Below are positions 60,478 through 64,000 of a stretch of 64,000 nucleotides of DNA, one piece after another (the stretch's first letter is position 1; each line of letters opens with the position of its first letter). The stretch is from an uncultured Gemmatimonadales bacterium (GTDB lineage: Bacteria; Gemmatimonadota; Gemmatimonadetes; Longimicrobiales; RSA9). Made by a program: the position numbers and the translations under genes. The notes under the pieces were generated by a model. The model was not told where the DNA came from. It made no database searches and saw only the letters and a program-made list of their open reading frames with translations. Location: positions 800,001 through 864,000 of the forward strand of contig OY970192.1 in NCBI GenBank assembly GCA_963708135.1, in the 5' to 3' direction.

Positions 60478-63156
60478 ATGACGGCCTCCGAGATCCGCCA
60501 GCGATTCCTGGACTATTTCGAGCGCCAGGGGCACGCCATCCGGCCGAGCTCCAGCCTGGTGCCGCAGGACGATCCGACGCTGCTGTTCACGAACGCCGGG
60601 ATGGTCCAGTTCAAGCGCGTCTTCCTCGGCGAGGAGAAGCTCGGCTTCTCGCGCGCGACGACCTCGCAGAAGTGCCTGCGCGTGTCCGGCAAGCACAACG
60701 ACCTCGAGGAGGTCGGCGTCACGGCCCGGCACCACACGTTCTTCGAGATGCTCGGCAACTTCTCCTTCGGCGACTACTTCAAGCGCGACGCGGTCCGCTT
60801 CGCCTGGGAGCTGCTGACGGAGGAGTACGGGCTGCCGAAGGAGCGGCTGTGGGCCACCGTCCACTACTCGGACGACGAGGCCGCCGCGCTGTGGGAGGAG
60901 ATCGCCGGGTTGCCGCCCGAGCGGATCTTCCGCCTGGGCGACAAGGACAACTTCTGGCAGATGGGCGAGACGGGCCCCTGCGGCCCCTGCTCCGAGATCC
61001 ACTACGACCTGCGCCCGGAGCCGGAGCGCGGCACGGACCTGCCCGTCGAGGAGTTCGAGGAGCGCGGCGCGCGCGGCGAGTTCCTGGAGCTGTGGAACCT
61101 CGTCTTCATGCAGTTCGATCGCTCCGCGGACGGCGAGCTGATGCCGCTGCCCGCGCCATCGATCGACACCGGCGCCGGCCTCGAGCGCCTGGCCAGCGTG
61201 CTCCAGGGCGTGGACTCGAACTATCGGACCGACCTCTTCACGCCGCTGATCGAGCGGGCGGCCGAGGTCACCGGCGTCGCCTACGACCACGGGCCGAAGG
61301 GCGTCAGTCATCGGGTGCTGGCCGACCACGCGCGCGCCGTCGCCTTCCTGCTGGCCGATGGTGTCTTGCCGAGCAACGAGGGGCGCGGCTACGTGCTCCG
61401 CCGCGTGCTGCGCCGCGCCGTGCGTCACGCCTGGCTGCTCGGCCGGCGCGAGCCCACGCTGGTGCACGTGGTGGATGCGGTGATCGACGGGATGAGCGCC
61501 GCGTTCCCGGAGCTCGGACAGCGTCGCGAGCACCTGCTGCGCGCCACGCGCACCGAGGAGGAGCGCTTCCTCGCCACGATCGTGGGCGGCATGGAGCGCT
61601 TCGATGCCGTGGCGCCGGAGCTGGAGGACGCCACGCGCGGCGCGGTGGATGCCGGCACGCTGCCTCGCCCCGTCGTCGCCGGGGAGGACGTGTTCCGGCT
61701 CTACGACACGTTCGGCTTCCCGCTCGACCTGACGGAGCTGATCGCGCGCGAGCGCGGCTACGCCATCGACCAGGAGGGCTTCGAGGCCGCGCTCGAGGAG
61801 CAGCGCGAGCGCTCCCGCCGGGACCGCGCCGCGGCCGGCATCGAGGTCGGCGCGGACGAGCTGGCGCAGGGTTGGGAGGAGCTCGACCCGGAGGCGGAGC
61901 AGGAGTTCGTGGCCTATCAGGCGACGGAGCTGGACACGGACGTCGTCGCCTACCGCAGGGAGGACGGCCGCCTCGCCCTGCAGCTGCGGGAGAACCCGTT
62001 CTACGCGGAGTCCGGCGGCCAGATCAGCGACCGTGGGCGCGTCGAGGGCGAGGGCTGGACGCTCGAGGTCGACGGCGTGCGCAAGGTGCTCGGCCGCATC
62101 GCCGTGCTCGGCAACGTCGAAGGCGGCTTCCCCGAGCCGGACGCGCCGCTGCGTGTGCACGCCGTCGTGGAGGGTCCCCCTCGGCACGACACGGAGCGCA
62201 ATCACACGGCCACGCACCTGCTGCACGCGGCGCTCCGGAAGGTGCTCGGCACGCACGTGCTGCAGCGCGGCTCGCTGGTGGCGCCCGACCGGCTGCGCTT
62301 CGACTTCTCGCACTCGCGGCCCATGACGCCCGAGCAGGTCCGCCGCGTCGAGGACGAGGTGAACCGCGCCATCCTGGCCGACGAGGACGTGCGCCAGGAC
62401 TGGCTCGGCTACCAGGAGGCCGTCGGGAAGGGCGCCATGGCGCTCTTCGGCGAGAAATACGGCGACGTGGTGCGCATGATCTCGATCCCCGGCGTGAGCA
62501 TGGAGCTGTGCGGCGGGACGCACGTGCGCCACACCGGCGAGATCGGGCTGTTCCGCATCGTGCAGGAGACGGGCGTGGCGTCGGGCGTGCGCCGCATCGA
62601 GGCGGTCACGGGCACCGTCGCCTACGAGCGGGCGGTCGCGCAGGAGGACGCGCTGGCCGCCGCGGCCGCCACGCTGAAGACGACGCCGGAGCAGCTGCAG
62701 CACCGGCTCGAGCAGCTCCTCGAGCAGAACCGCGAGCTCCAGCGCCAGCTCGAGCGGGCGCGCACGCAGGGCAGCGCCGACGTCGTGGGCGAGCTGCTGG
62801 AGAGCGCCGCGCAGGTGGATGGCGCCCGGCTCGTGGCCCGCGAGGTCGAGGTGGCATCGCCGGACGAGCTCCGCCTGATCGGCGACCGCCTGCGCGAGCG
62901 GCTGGGCAGCGGCGCCGCCGTGCTGGCCGCGCGCGGCGAGGAGAAGGCGTCGCTGATCGCCGTGGTCACCGACGACCTCATCTCGCGCGGCGTCCGCGCC
63001 GACCGGCTGGTCCGCGAGGTCGCCGCCCGTACCGGCGGCTCGGGCGGCGGCCGGCCGCACATGGCGCAGGCCGGCGTGGGCGACCCGGACCGCATCCCCG
63101 ATGCGCTGAGCGCCGCGGGCGAGATCGTGCGCGCCCTGCTCGGGGGCCGCGCGTGA
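60478..63156 (+). CDS. alaS: Alanine-tRNA ligase
   Basis: DPTLLFTNAGMVQFK, HHTFFEMLGNFSFGDYFK, NHTATHLLH, ELCGGTHV, GGG...AQAG. Confidence 0.99.
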   Translation: MTASEIRQRFLDYFERQGHAIRPSSSLVPQDDPTLLFTNAGMVQFKRVFLGEEKLGFSRATTSQKCLRVSGKHNDLEEVGVTARHHTFFEMLGNFSFGDYFKRDAVRFAWELLTEEYGLPKERLWATVHYSDDEAAALWEEIAGLPPERIFRLGDKDNFWQMGETGPCGPCSEIHYDLRPEPERGTDLPVEEFEERGARGEFLELWNLVFMQFDRSADGELMPLPAPSIDTGAGLERLASVLQGVDSNYRTDLFTPLIERAAEVTGVAYDHGPKGVSHRVLADHARAVAFLLADGVLPSNEGRGYVLRRVLRRAVRHAWLLGRREPTLVHVVDAVIDGMSAAFPELGQRREHLLRATRTEEERFLATIVGGMERFDAVAPELEDATRGAVDAGTLPRPVVAGEDVFRLYDTFGFPLDLTELIARERGYAIDQEGFEAALEEQRERSRRDRAAAGIEVGADELAQGWEELDPEAEQEFVAYQATELDTDVVAYRREDGRLALQLRENPFYAESGGQISDRGRVEGEGWTLEVDGVRKVLGRIAVLGNVEGGFPEPDAPLRVHAVVEGPPRHDTERNHTATHLLHAALRKVLGTHVLQRGSLVAPDRLRFDFSHSRPMTPEQVRRVEDEVNRAILADEDVRQDWLGYQEAVGKGAMALFGEKYGDVVRMISIPGVSMELCGGTHVRHTGEIGLFRIVQETGVASGVRRIEAVTGTVAYERAVAQEDALAAAAATLKTTPEQLQHRLEQLLEQNRELQRQLERARTQGSADVVGELLESAAQVDGARLVAREVEVASPDELRLIGDRLRERLGSGAAVLAARGEEKASLIAVVTDDLISRGVRADRLVREVAARTGGSGGGRPHMAQAGVGDPDRIPDALSAAGEIVRALLGGRA

Positions 63157-63494
63157 GCGACACGGCGGCCGCGCTGGCCTGGCTGGAGCGCCGCCTCCCC
63201 GAGGCGCCGGAGGCGCTGCGCCTGCGCATGGCCGAGGCCGTCGGCTCCCTCGAAGGCGACGCTGCCACGGGCGCCATCCCCGTGCTCCTCGCCCGCGCTG
63301 CCGAGGAGTGTCTCCGGGCCACGCTCGCCGATCCCTCGGAGCGCCCCGCCGCGCTCCACCTGCTCGCCGCCGACGCGCTCCTCACCCACGCCTGCCAGGC
63401 CGCCGCCGAGCAGGGCCTCGGCGCCCTCGAGGCGCTGACGGAAGCCTACGCCCCCGCCCACTTCGCGGCCCTCGCCGAGGAGCGGCTCGGATGA
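63153..63494 (+). CDS. Hypothetical protein
   Basis: Overlaps alaS stop; A.HLLAADALLTHA motif; typical codon usage. Confidence 0.6.
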   Translation: MSDTAAALAWLERRLPEAPEALRLRMAEAVGSLEGDAATGAIPVLLARAAEECLRATLADPSERPAALHLLAADALLTHACQAAAEQGLGALEALTEAYAPAHFAALAEERLG

Positions 63495-63642
63495 TCCGCC
63501 ACGCCCGTACGAGGGTCAACAGCGCAGGCGGGGGGCACTCCCGGAGCGACCCTGCCTTTGCGCAGCGAGCGCAGCGAGCGGAGGCGGTCGCGATGGGAGA
63601 GCCCCTCGCCGGAGCGCGGCGCGCGAACACGCTGGAGGTCGC

Positions 63643-64000
63643 GTGAAGAGCGAGCTCGTCGACGAGGTCGTCCACCACCTGGCGGGCCTGCGCGATCTGG
63701 CCGACCGCGTCGCCCGCGACATGGCCGGCGAGATCGCCGAGGTCGTCGAGCTCACGCTCCACGCGCTCACGTCCGGCCGCACCCTGTTCTTCTGCGGCAA
63801 CGGCGGCTCCGCGGCCGATGCGCAGCACCTCGCCACCGAGTACATCGTGCGGTTCCGCCGCAGCAGGCGGCCGCTGCCGGCCATCGCGCTCACCACCGAC
63901 AGCTCGCTGCTGACCGCGTGCGCCAACGACTACGGCTTCGAGCACGTGTTCTCGCGCCAGATCGAGGCCCTGGGGACGGAAGGCGACGTCCTCTTCCTGC
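63643..64000 (+). CDS. gmhA: Phosphoheptose isomerase (partial)
   Basis: CGNGGSAADAQH.A.E..RF...R..LPAIALTTD.S.LTA.ANDYGF..VFSRQ.EALG..GDVL. Confidence 0.93.
   Translation, partial: MKSELVDEVVHHLAGLRDLADRVARDMAGEIAEVVELTLHALTSGRTLFFCGNGGSAADAQHLATEYIVRFRRSRRPLPAIALTTDSSLLTACANDYGFEHVFSRQIEALGTEGDVLFL

Overview
High-GC bacterial chromosome segment; Gemmatimonadota-like by gene content and order (inference, not verified). Housekeeping flanks: metB-like, esterase, glmM, glmS, dtd, maf on the left; mtnA, glpK, glycogen debranching enzyme, sodA, ltaE, UbiA-family, cls, recA, alaS, gmhA on the right. They enclose a ~38.5 kb polymorphic-toxin island (~8.2-46.9 kb) containing one full-length signal-peptide Rhs gene (40670-45796, minus) and a downstream stack of toxin-tip (CT)/immunity cassettes. 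The main result is that the stack appears to be built by two site-specific, toxin-carrying mobile elements. (A) IS110-family units consist of a left end, a DEDD recombinase, a ~500-650 nt structured non-coding region, an immunity gene and an Rhs-CT. The non-coding region folds by eye into bridge-RNA-like internal loops. One loop co-varies with both ends of its own element, one of which is the first codons of its cargo toxin. Three to four other loops often spell codon variants of the Rhs core motif x-N-P-(A/P/V). All junctions fall at the same codon of NP|xxYTDPFG, so an insertion would swap the toxin tip in frame and regenerate the target. (B) A 6.67 kb tyrosine-recombinase/primase/XRE/HicAB element, present twice, carries its own CT/immunity pair and is bounded by repeats of the Rhs TQEDPI coding sequence. 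All structures and matches were read by eye; no folding, alignment or database search was run.
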